Below the pieces are notes generated by a model. It ran no database searches. It had not been told where the DNA came from and saw only the letters and a program-made list of their open reading frames with translations. A DNA stretch of 63,969 bases, the filler included, from Sphacelaria rigidula (taxonomy: Eukaryota), in the NCBI GenBank assembly GCA_964200075.2. It is 11 parts of 11 records of this genome, joined end to end, with 100 filler letters (N's around TTAATTAATTAA, not from the genome) between each part and the next. Parts side by side here need not be neighbours in the genome. Positions count along the whole stretch, not along the records: positions 52,422 to 58,145 come from CAXNAA020024949.1; positions 58,246 to 63,969 come from CAXNAA020024950.1; 9 more parts are not named here. One strand, 5' to 3'. Position numbers and translations under genes: made by a program. Shown here piece by piece: positions 52,422 to 63,969 of this stretch (within the stretch, counting starts at the first letter, position 1; each line of letters starts with the position of its first letter).

Positions 52422-53261
52422 TGGGTACGTGGAGCAGCCCTCCTCGCTCCACGGCTTTTTTTTCATATCGACCATGCTCCCTCGGGCGTGTGCGGCGCAG
52501 AACTCCGCCTTCCTGCTACCGGCCGCACCGTACGATGGGTACGTGGAGCAGCCCTCCTCGCTGCACCGCTTGCTCCTCACATCGACCATGCCCGCTGGAG
52601 CATGTGCGGCGCAAAACTCCGCCTTCCCGCTACCAGCTGCACCGAACAAGGGGGACGTGGAGCAGCCCTCCTCGCTGCACCGCTTTTTCTTCACATCGAC
52701 CATGCCCGTTCGGGCGTGTGAGGCGCAGAACACCGCCTCCCTGCTACCGGCTGCACCGTACGATGGTCTTGTGCAGCAGCCCTCCTCGCTGCACCGCTTT
52801 TTCTTCACATCGACCATGCCCGTTCGGGCGTGTGCGGCGCAGAACTTCACCTTCCTGCTACCGGCTGCACCGAACGATGGGTATGCGGAGCAGCCCTCCT
52901 CGCTGCACAGCTTCTTCTTCACATGGACCATGCTCGCTGGGGCGTGCGCGGCGCAGAACTCCGCCTTCCTGCTACCGGCTGCACCAAACGATGGGTTTGT
53001 GGAGCAGCCCTTCACGCTGCATCGCTTGCTCGCCACATCGACCATGCCCGCTCGGGCATGTGCGGCACAGAACTCCATCTTCCTGCTACCGGCTGCACCG
53101 AAATATGCTCTTGCAAAGCAGCGCTCCTTGCTGCACCGCTTGTTCATCACATCGACCATGCCCCCTCGGGCGTGTGCGGCGCAGAACTCCGCCTTCCTGC
53201 TACCCGATATGCCATATGATGCTCTCGTGGTGCAACTGGTTTGGGTGCACAAGCGAGGCAT
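52422..53261 (-). CDS. EsV-1-7 cysteine-rich repeat protein, 3'-truncated by the contig end
   Basis: Seven full 38-aa (114-bp) repeats plus a partial one, consensus C-x4-C-x3-PS(F/Y)G-x2-GSRKAEFCAAHA-x2-GMVDV-x2-KR, the brown algal/phaeovirus EsV-1-7 pattern. Confidence 0.9.
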
Positions 53262-55624
53262 CCCCTTCGCGACTGCACTGGAGAAGGTACAAAGCCGCGG
53301 TCATACCGCTGGTGCTTCTGCCGCTGCGATCCGCACCGTCACAAACCCCTCACGAACACCAGTTGACCAGTCCAGCAGCACCCTGCATCAATCAACCAGC
53401 AAAGGAAAGCTTAGGCCGTGCCCATGTGAAAGGTAAACCTAGTCATGGTATCTCGGCCGCATATGGGCACGTGGGCCAGAGTGAAGTGACATATCAGCCG
53501 TGGAGGTAGCAGGCGGCAGAGAGAAGCTGCTGCAGCAGGGTCATTACAGGGGGGGGCTACTCATTTGTTGCTTGCCTTAGTCGTTTGACCATTGACCACG
53601 CATCCCTTTCGAGACGGAGCACTGCACGTGTTTTCGCAGCGTGGCGGCACCGCTGATGCAAAGGAGGGGTGTAGAAGTCCGAAGGTGCACCAAAATCTAC
53701 AGTGTCGAGGTCGCCAACATGGTTTCTCCACCCACCCGATTTGCGTGAAACACGACGGGCATGCAATCATTCTCCTTTGTGCACCTCGAATCGGAGGTGA
53801 CACAGGCTGGATGAACCCTCACTTCATGTGAGTGATATTCCTCAGCAATTAAACGGTTGATGCCGAAAGCCTGCACCAGGCGAATGGCGATGTGGAGGAG
53901 GGCAGCACACGCCGATCCATCACGTTTTCAGCGTACTGTCATGTGCTATTGGAAGACACCGCCTCATCCTGTGTGGGTACGCAGAGGATGCTCTACGCTA
54001 GGTGTGGCGGCGGTGGTCAGTGGCAGGGCGACTGTGCATACTAATGCACACGCCGTACGGCACTAGCCGGGGGGCATGATAGCCAGCTGTGCCTACATCA
54101 GTCGCCCCTGTCACCGCCTGCTGAAGCAAGACGCACCTTGGAACTACGGGCTGGGCCAGCCTCGAGGCGGATGTGAAGTTTGCAGGCGAATGCGCCCGCC
54201 AATATTTGGAGTTGGAGCGTAAAATTTGGTATGGAGAATGCAAAGGGCATAAACAAAATACCAGAGAAGCACCAGATCTTTGTTTATAAAAGGCGCAAAA
54301 ATTTGCGACATATTTTCACGCACCTCCTGCAGCCAGCTGCCCGCAAGCGTTTCATGAGGCGTGACTCGTCACCAGACAGGCCGACTGGCTTCAGGCTTCA
54401 GTACTCCTAACTTCTAGTGTCGTCTTTTGTACTTCTACTTTGTTGCGGGTCTGATCAGCAAATCGTTCCATTTGATATTCTCCATACATGATACTCTGTT
54501 GTTTTCAAAAATGAGAGTAGTACATTTGTACAGCGAACAACCGTTACCGATAGTTCGACAAGATTTTCAATGCCGACTGACCGTAGATGATGGGGGGGGG
54601 GGAGGAAGCTTGTAGCTTGTAGCTTGCCGGGTGAGAGGCCAAAGCCTGCAGTGCCTTATGTCCAGAAGCTACGATACCCTACTCCTGTATCATGAGTGAA
54701 GTGGCAAATGCTGTCTTCGTACGTGGGTCGGGGTGCAGATGTTCAGGTTATGGCCTTCGAACTCAGTGACTGATGGAAAGCTTCATTTTTCAATTGAAAA
54801 TGAACATAAAAACTTTGAATGCCCAACTTGTCGTCTTGTCCCCATGCTAGAAGGCACGCCTCGCGAAGGGATGCTGCCACAACGCCACAACAAGGACGGG
54901 ATTAAGGTGCATAAAGCGCGCCTAATTTCCGCTGAACGGGCTTCTATATATATATATATATATATATTGGAAGCCGAATTTCAAGAAAGAAACGCGCATA
55001 CGGAAATAAAGCCCAATGGCAATAATGTTTTACGCATCGCTTCGACTCAACTTATACTGACACTTCAATGCATACAAGGCCGTCATGATCAATATACACA
55101 TATTAAATAGCTGGTACAAGGAGAAAATGCATGTCCAGTATATATCGTCATGCGGTTCATCACGATCATGAAACGAGAAATACTCATTGTTGCTTCAATG
55201 TCCCGGGATATCTCAACACAAAATACATCGAAGGAAAAGTATTCGCGTTGTCGCCAATATACAGTATTGGTATCATACGAGAAAAAAAATTACAGTCCAG
55301 GGTATAAGCAACACAGCACCGGTGACCAGAGGGGTATCAAAAGGTGCATATCGACCCGTATTTTCTGCCGTCGTATTGTCTCGCCAAGATATGTTACACA
55401 CTGTGAAGTAGATGGGTGGCACTGCACCGGTGACCAGATATATATCAGAACGCATGTATATCCGGGTCGCCTCTTTTGTCACCTTACGTTCCGGCCAATA
55501 TATACATCAAACTCATTTGAAAACTCTCCGTCGCCATGCACGCGAGCCTCCCTTTTCCCAATCTGCACGGGCCCCTGCATACATCGCGTCCGGATCTTTC
55601 TCAAAGCGTACACCATACTTATCC

Positions 55625-55975
55625 GCCGGTCGCCCCGGTGGCTCATTCGGTGACCTCGAAACCTTGTGACGGTTGGGTCGCGGGTTCGAGTCTCGGAGCG
55701 ATCTGGGATTTTTTCTCACACCATGCCCAACAGTGGAGAGCGACTATGTCGTGGGTACACAAAATTCGGCTCAACGGTTTACGAGGGAAAGGGGCTGCTG
55801 AACCCCTCTCGCGATAAAAAATAAAGGCCGGCAGCGCAGAAGAAAAGTGGAGAACTAAAACAAACGACTAAGAAAAGCTCTTGTGGTGGCCTTCCCCCTG
55901 TGTGACCCCGACTGGTGCGCCCACAAACACCGAAAGGTTTAGACCGACGTCAAGAATAAATGAGATGATAACACT
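55625..55975 (+). mobile_element. tRNA-derived SINE, second copy
   Basis: GCCGGTCGCCCCGGTGGCTCA...GGTTCGAGTCT...; collinear with 38168-38540. Confidence 0.85.
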
Positions 55976-58900
55976 ATTAATGTCGTATGGTCTTCGAGGT
56001 TGGCAGGACCTTGCGGACCCCGTGTCTCTGCAGGACCGCGATATTGGCAATTGCCGTCTCTGCAGCCTTCGGTACACGGGTTGCCGCAAGCGGTTGGCGC
56101 GGCAAGGCGGCAGAGTCATTGTCTCTCGACCCCTGCGAGATCCCATAATCGCCCCCATCATCTGACCTTGTCGAACCACCACCACACTCGCCACCAACGG
56201 TCGGCCGACCAGCTTGACCCAAATATGCGTCCATTTTCTACAGTTTTTGACTGTCCTATTTCGAAACAAACGGTTGCCCCATTTTTTGTCATGCGGTGAA
56301 GGGAGGGGGGTTGGTGGGTGGTCTGTAGGGGGCAGGGAGCCACAGATACACGTTTCTCCTGACAGCTGAGAGCCACTGGTGTATATATTTTTTTGAGGCA
56401 GCTGGCAGCCATTCACTATTTTTGCAGCTGACAGCCGAAAATAGCACACATCCTGAGAGACGACTAGCTTGTACACAACAGGGGTATCTGAAACTCGAGG
56501 CTCCAGGTATATTTCACAGTAATCTATATTATAAAGTCCCGGAACTTCAAGTTTGAAATACCTCCAAGGTTCGTGGTTTGTTTGCTGGCTCTGGGTCACG
56601 GCATATTTTCGGTAAAAGTGAAGCCGATTCATCAGCAAACGTAACCTCACGGCCGAAGGGTCAGGTAAGTTATGAATCGGACATCAACCTGGAGAGGAAC
56701 CTCATTGACATGGGCTGTGAGATGTTGAAGCATACTATTCGAGGAAAGAAAAAACGGAGTCTGCAGCTGTCACGAGCGAAGCGAGTATGTACATACAAAG
56801 CCTGGGGAGAACAACGGAAGAAATGGATATAGAAGAGATATCCGTGCTCGAGAACCGGCAACGTGGTATGTCAGCTGGCAGGGACCGAAAGGGATGCCCG
56901 TTGGCGTTGTCAATATTTATTGGCATCTACCTGCGGGGGTGGTCGGCATTTATAAAACGTGCTTCCCGCCCCCCCATACCTGCCCTTTGTGCAGAGCCTC
57001 ATCAATGCACCCCCTCGAAAGCCGAGTAGAAATCGAAATATTGACGATCAAGGGAATGCGTGCTTCATGCGAGGGACGACTTCCCCTACCACGATTGAAC
57101 TAGATTGAATTCACATGAGTAATCATTTGTTCGAGATGATGAATGCGTAACAAGACCTGAAAGAGTCAGTGCTTAGTATGCCTCTGCCTGTGATACCGAA
57201 CATCGGAGCGACTATCAGCCAATGCGCTGAGAGCAGACGCATTAGTATACGTTCGGAACGCCGGCTTGAATAGCCAGTCAGTTTCTGCTGTGAGCGCAGG
57301 GAGTACTATTTGGAAACCGTCGCACGTCTGGAGTACTGTTCCGTAGTGCCGTGAGGATCAGCGTCGTTTTACACCTTTTGAAATGGTCATGGAGTAAGGT
57401 GGAGCGATCCGACATTGAGCGAGTAGCATTGTGACACTACGAATTGATGTGAACGGAATACACTACGAATCTGAAATTCGGACATCAAAATACTGTTGCG
57501 TGTCCTTACAAAAACGGATGCCTCTAAGATAACTGTGAAGTGGCGACCTAAGGGACAGGTCGTGACAGCAACAGCTGAGGAAAGGTATTAAATGCTTACG
57601 AAACGAATTTGTATTACATGGGAATAGGGGTCAAATGCCTTAGGACGCCGATGATGCGGAGGGTGTCGGTGTTCCCTTGATTAGGTAGAAAGCGATGCAG
57701 CACGACAGCAGCAGTCTCTCGCAACACCACGAAGTTGGTCACTGCACGGGCGAGTAGGTGGAGGGGAGGTGCACCAGAGGAGCGACAAACTTCGCCGTCT
57801 CTCGTTCTAGGCCGTTTCATTTGGCTTCGAAGTGTCCACTATGATTGTTTTATCCTAGCTTCCACCTCCTCTCCTTCCTCGGGACGAGTCCGTGTTCCCG
57901 AAGGATCAACCCGTCCCTCTCTCCCTCGGTACTTACCTCACATTTCCGTATCTCGGATTGGGTTATGACCAAACACGCCCGCACCGCATTGACGTAGTTA
58001 AGCAAACTCAGCTATTAACTATCCACAACAACCGTGGGTAAGGGCCTGTCTTAACGAAGGGGATAATCCCCTTTTTCAGTATCCCCTTATTCAAAAACGA
58101 CCGCTGATTGGTCGCTGCGATAACAAACAAAAAAAAACAAACCCCNNNNNNNNNNNNNNNNNNNNNNNNNNNNNNNNNNNNNNNNNNNNTTAATTAATTA
58201 ANNNNNNNNNNNNNNNNNNNNNNNNNNNNNNNNNNNNNNNNNNNNGTGACACTTTTCGCTGGTTTTGGGGGGGGGGTTATCGTAGAAAGTGTCCTAAATC
58301 TCAACCTCTGTGATCTATTTGTTACATCGACCCTTCCACAATCCCCCTCACATTAGCCTAGATTATTCACAATCGTACCCGTCCCACAAACCGCAGATCC
58401 CGCTACGCTCCGATCTATCACTTAGGACCATCCCCACCTGCCCCAAACCCTAGTTTTCCTCATAACTTTCTTCACCCTCTCAAGTGGTAGACGAACCTCA
58501 TCTGAATACCGGTTATTATTCTGATATTCGCAATAAACAATTGTTTCCGGTCGTTTCGTAATACCTGTTGGATACGAGTATACATTCGGAAACGCAACCA
58601 GTGGGTGTCAAAGACTACGCAGCTAGACCTGGACGTGTAGTGAGGTGATGACGGAGTACACGTCGATCCAATGAACAACGCACAACGGTATGTTTTTACA
58701 TAAACAATGGTACTTTTGATTGGAAAGGCGCCGGAACGAAAGTTATACAAACATACGACTGGAGCGCAAAATATACCCACCTCCTCAACAAGGAAGGGAT
58801 CGGTTTCGCGCACCGACATATGAACTCCTGAACAAGTGAAATGTCGCATGTATGTGCCAATACGTCGTACCGCAGGAGCCACAACTCGAGTTATATCTTA

Positions 58901-59564
58901 ATGCCACAACTGATCATACCCTGCACAAATATTACACTTCGTAAAATCGCCGGAGACATGGCGATTTTTGGCACACGAAATGAATGAGGATGGCCGGTTT
59001 GCTGAACCGACGACAGACGATGGAAAAAATATTGCCGCACGTTTCACACACTCACGTCAAGGGCCCTACAACATCACCCGTGGACAGATAGCACCCTGTG
59101 GGGCGCACTGTGCAGGGTCCGTACAGGGTCCTCCACAGTCTTTGTGAAAAAACCCTGACAGTGAAATGCAAAATCTGTACCCATCGCAGCGCTTTGATAG
59201 GGTTTTCGCCGGGGTTGGATTTGCAGCCCTGTGTAGGCACGTCGGCAAAGCCCTGCACAGTCATGTGGTAGTTTTTTGGTGAGAAAAACTCAATTTTTTT
59301 TCCGAAAATTCAAAATATTATGGAACAAAATCTGTAAATTTATATATCTTCAATACCTTGTCCTCCTGTCCGAGGTAAATTCCTCTCCACCCGATTTGAA
59401 TCGAGCGAAAAGGAATTTATTTCGGACAGCAGGACAAGCTAGATGCGAAACAGATCCATGAAAGGAAATAAGCAAATGTGTAATTTAGACCTATAATATT
59501 GGCCTATATCATATGGTATATAATATATGAGATATAGTATATAATATATATAATATATGTAATA

Positions 59565-59735
59565 CAAGGTTCCCCTCCGGGAGGTTGGTACGGGCCTCCC
59601 GGGGGTGACGCAAGTCGAAAGCATATAATATACTTCGTACGAGTATGCCTTTTCAGTGCGCTGCAAAAGAAAGCGTGGGGAAAAATGCATTGCTGGCAGA
59701 AAAAACTCGGCAAAAGTAGTGAACGTGTGAAATGA
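59565..59735 (-). mobile_element. Short non-autonomous Helitron-like element
   Basis: The minus strand reads A|TC ... hairpin CCGGGAGG-N10-CCTCCCGG ... CTTG|T, with AT-rich flanks and no TSD. Confidence 0.62.
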
Positions 59736-61082
59736 TACATGTACGTAATACACATGGGTTGAATGAAGGGAGAAAAAGCGCGCGAGTCATCGCTTTGTCA
59801 CCTTCGATCGAGCAAGTATATATTGCCCTCCGCGAAAAATAATCAGACGTGGACACACAAACACAACAACTGATGAAGGAGCCTCCAATTACATAGAACG
59901 AGGTTTTCGTGAGATTGAGAGTAGAGGATACGGTTGAGAAGGAAAAGCAGTCAATTATTGATTTAATCGTTTCAGTTCGGAAATATCCCTCCGTGAGGCC
60001 CTTACCGAAGCAGCGGGCTAAGTCACAGTTATTAACCTGCGAAGCACCGGCACACACAGAGATGATCCTGTGAAGTCAGTGTTGCGCCAAAAGCAAAAAA
60101 TGCTTTTCTCGGAACAAAATCTTACCGTTTTGCCCTCTAGTGCGCACTGCTGCAGCGCACAGCACCAGATTTAGCGACTTGGAACTGTTGACTGTGGTTT
60201 GCACAGCCTATGGGCGATGTTTCAGCGCCTCGCAGCGGCTGCAGCGCGCTTAGGGCCGTGCGCCATGAAGTGCGCAGCTCAACAGACTGTATACCGGACA
60301 CTTTCTACGATAGCCCCCCCCCAAAAGTGCATGGTTTTGGGAGGCAAAATCTTCACGTAAATCGAAATGGGAGAAGCCGAGCACAATGAGAAGCTGGGAA
60401 TTCCCACGCTCATTGGGTTCATTCTAGCCACTGTCGCCAATATGAGGCGCTTCATTCAGCCTGAACCCGAGCATCAGGCGCTGCATGGCCATTTTTTTCG
60501 TGACACTTTTAGCTGGTTTTAGGGGGGGGGGGGTATCGTAGAAAGTGTCGCCGATCGGTGCACTACAGATGGTCATGATCCAGAAAGGACCGCAGTACAG
60601 ACCGGTGCCAGTTTGCTACCGCGTCGGCCGTCCAGTCGCTCAACATGTCTAAGTTTATGCATCTGCGCATGCATGCATGCATTCGCCTGTAGTGCGACAC
60701 TAGTAGACCTAAAGAAATGCACATAAACAACGATTGGTACTCGATTTGACCTGGTTTCAGACTCAAGAAAGTTCTGAGAAAAATCATGATTTGGGGCAGG
60801 TGAGCAGTAGTGAGCAGTAGAACCAGGTCGTCCAGAACGTGTTTTGGTCCAAAATCAGCTCAAAGGCGTTGATTTGAGCTCTCGAAAGGCGTCCATTCGA
60901 GTTCTCGTCACGCACGCTTTAGCTACGAGACTGCACCTCCCTTGCCCGAGAGTTCTCGGTATGCCTTGGTCGATGTTAGTGCTAGGGTTAGCGTTTGGGT
61001 TGGTGGCATCTCCATAGCACCAACCACTGTTTACGTATATTTCTTCAAGCCCCCTCGGTGAAGGACTTGTGCAGGGATGCAT

Positions 61083-62300
61083 CCTTGTCAAAAGGACATT
61101 CTTACGCCGGTACTTCACACAGGTGCATCCTTTGAGGGAACTCTCTGTTACGGGTTGCATGACCACAGGGATTTAGTCACCCCCCTGCGCTTGTCGAGCA
61201 CAGCTGACCGACAGTGAGGACGTTTGCCCACGTGTGTGCCTTGTTCAACTCGCCAACAGCTCATTGCACGGTGTTGGTTTTGCTGGTGACTAGGGCGAAG
61301 GCAATGCTCAGTTGTTTTCAACTGCTTTTCTTTCATGTTCTTGTGACATTCGCTTCACAACCGCTGTCTTCGTACTCCCAAATCAACGAGAACGCAAAGA
61401 AATACCCCGCCATGAACAGGCTTTTGTGGTTCGGGTTCTTGTTTGAAGTTTTCCATGATGAGGCTTTCGTGGTCCGGGATCGACACCCCGCAAAAAAGAG
61501 CCAGTGTGGGCGACTTTCGATGGCCAGAACACGCGCCACAGGTATCGGATGACACCCGAACCTGAAAGTTAATGTACCGCTGCACCTCCTCCGTGCACTG
61601 CAAAAGAAAGCGCGTGATAAGATGCCTTGCCGCCTGAGGAAACTCGGCAAAAGTGGTGAAAAAAGTGAAATGATACATGTACATGTATATATTATATACA
61701 ATATATTTATATGTACATGTATCATTCCAATTTTTCACCTCTTGTCGAGTTTTCTCTGGCGACAAGGCATCTCATCACGCGCTTTCTTTTGCAGCGCACG
61801 AAGGAGGCGCCGCGGTACATCGCCGTTCAGGTTCGGGTGTCATCTGATAACTGTGGCGCGTGTTCCGGCCATCGAAAGTCGCCCGCACTGGCTCTTTTTC
61901 GCGGGGTGTCGATCCCGGACCACAAAAGCCTTCCCACGTTCATGAAACACTTCAGGCAGCAGGATGATGGTTGGCGGGGTATTTTCCCCCCGCGTTTCTC
62001 TTCGTTGTGTTCTTGTTCATTTGGGAGCACGAGTACACCGCTTCTGCCGCCAACGTCACGAGAACATGAGAACAATGCAGTTGAAAACAATTGAACATTA
62101 CCTTGGCCTTAGTCAGCAGCAAACACCAGACCGTGCGGTGAGCCTTTGACGAGTTGAAACAAGGCACACGTGGGCAAACGTCCCCACCGTGGGTCAACTG
62201 TGTCGGACCAGCAAAGCGCGGTGCCGGAATCCCTGTGATCATGCAACCCGTAGGATGCACCTGTTGTGAAGTACTGGCGCAGGGGTATCCTTGTGACAGG
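61083..62300. repeat. About 1.2-kb imperfect inverted repeat made of two head-to-head copies of the Helitron-like family
   Basis: Arms at about 61083-61690 and 61707-62300 are reverse complements (e.g. GACGTTTGCCCACGTGTG / CACACGTGGGCAAACGTC) around a TA-rich centre. Confidence 0.85.
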
Positions 62301-62842
62301 GTTGACAGGTTTGCCCTTGTGACAGGGATGACAGGGAGAATCATACGAGTACGCACCTCATGTATCTTTCGACGGCTTAGTACTGTATTTTCAGTACAAG
62401 TCAAGCGTTACTTTGCTTGTGGATTTCTCCGCCGTGTTTTACCGAACCAGTCTGAAACTCGGCACAGAGGTAGACCACAACACAGACAGCTTATTCCCGG
62501 ATCGACGGCACGTTCTACGTGGTGCGCCAGACGCACGAAGTGAATGCGGGTTCTGGGCAATGCCATCGATATGCCCTCAGAACGGAGCCCCCTCGGCCCA
62601 AACTGTGTGAGACGTCAGTGGATGCATATATGGACCCGCAGATCCGCTCACTTCCACATCATGACCTGCTGTGGCTCCCGCCCCGGCAAACGAGCATCGA
62701 TCCGTATTGGGTACACTCTGGATGATGTCATATTCCGAGGTATCTATCTTGGTATCGCCTGTAGAGGTACTCACTTCAGGAGGCACGGTCGTGCAAGCGC
62801 TGTCAGTACTTTTACGCGCAATGTGCATATCATGTACATGTA

Positions 62843-63281
62843 TCATTTCACATTTTCATCGCTTTTGCCGAGTTTCCTCTGGCGGCAAGGCATTTTTTTC
62901 CCACACGTCCTATTGCAGCGCACCGAGAAGGCTCAGCGGTACATTACCGTTCGGGTTTGGGCGCCATCTGATACCTGTGGCGCGTGTTCTGCCCACCGAA
63001 AGCCGCTCAAACTGCTCTTTTTCGCGCGGTATCGATCTCGAACCACAAAGCCCCTTCAACATTTTTGTTTCGTCAAAGCGTGTTTCAGTTTCGCTTTTCT
63101 GGGGTACGTCTATCATGAGACCACGGCTGGACCCCTGGAGGATCAGTACAAGTGCGACAATCAATCAATCAACCAATCAATCAACCGATCGAATCTGATC
63201 GCGGGACACTTGACAAAATATATATTTTCGACTTGCGTCCCCCCCGGGAGGCCCGTACCAGCGTCCCGAAGGGGAACCTTG
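62843..63281 (+). mobile_element. Helitron-like element carrying a nested (CAAT)n retroposon
   Basis: A|TCATTTCAC...CCCCGGGAGGCCCGTACCAGCGTCCCGAAGGGGAACCTTG|T; same two ends as 59565-59735. Confidence 0.62.
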
Positions 63282-63969
63282 TACTATATATTATATATTA
63301 TTAATATATAAATAAATGTGTGAAGGAGCAGAAGCAAACATATACCCCGCAAAGCCTACCAAACTCTTCGGATTTTGTCAATGTTCATTGATTGATTTCT
63401 TGCAACAAAGTTAACGGAAAATATTGAAAAAAACAGCACAATTTAATCGTCGGGAAACTGCCCTCCGGCATCTGAGGTCATCGGGACAAAACGGGCAAGG
63501 AGCAGAAGCAGATACACGAACACCACAAAGCCCACCAGACTTTTCTGTTTTTATCAGCCTTTATTGATCAATTTCTTGGAACAAAATTAACAGACATGAT
63601 CAAAATAGTGTTTATTGATCAATTCCTTGCGATAAGCTCGAAAACAGAATCGAAAAAACCATGACGATTTTCGAAAAAATGTCCTCCGGGAGGGGAGGGG
63701 GGGTAGCCTACGTGTCCGAAAGATTTCGCTCGACAGACCCTTGCTGTGTCTTCTACGTTTCGTGATTTAGGCACCCTTCTCTCGTTCCAATGATTCCTTC
63801 AGCATGGGCTATGTGTCGACAACTTGGTATGCGCAACCAATGCCCGACGTGTGCGTGCTGTTGCAGGTGATGAGGGAAAATGCCCTCGGTGCGACTACGA
63901 GCTGGGCCAGCCTAAAAACGGATTTAAGCTCTGTAAGCAATATCTCATCGACACAGACGAGTTGGGCCG

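Noticed and set aside
52422..53240. CRISPR-like array or endogenous phaeovirus
   Set aside because: The repeats are contiguous coding units with no unique spacers, and no viral core genes are visible in the contig.
52429..53509. Two long plus-strand ORFs (335 and 339 aa)
   Set aside because: They are antisense shadows of the GC-rich 114-bp EsV-1-7 repeats.
1..63969. A gene cluster or operon linking the STAND-SH2, membrane and EsV-1-7 genes; regularly spaced TTAATTAATTAA as a biological repeat
   Set aside because: The genes lie on different contigs joined by artificial spacers, and the even spacing reflects sorting by length.

Overview
This is not one locus. It is 11 unrelated contigs of 5,724-5,725 bp joined by ten artificial 100-bp spacers (44 N + TTAATTAATTAA + 44 N), so adjacency across spacers has no biological meaning. 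The DNA is eukaryotic, intron-containing and rich in transposable elements; it is most likely a brown alga (Phaeophyceae), inferred mainly from an EsV-1-7 repeat protein. Best finding: contig 2 carries five minus-strand exons (10388->6490) that splice in phase at GT-AG sites into about 646 aa, in which a STAND/NB-ARC-like P-loop NTPase is fused to a STAT-type linker-SH2-GY-tail module. Other genes: an EsV-1-7 Cys-repeat protein (contig 10) and a multi-pass membrane protein (contig 3). Mobile DNA: decayed Copia, Gypsy and LINE elements, a pogo/Tigger-like remnant, tRNA-derived SINEs, several MITE families (Sola-, piggyBac-, hAT- and Ginger-like termini), Helitron-like elements and long foldbacks. 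All family assignments come from motifs read by eye; no database searches were run.
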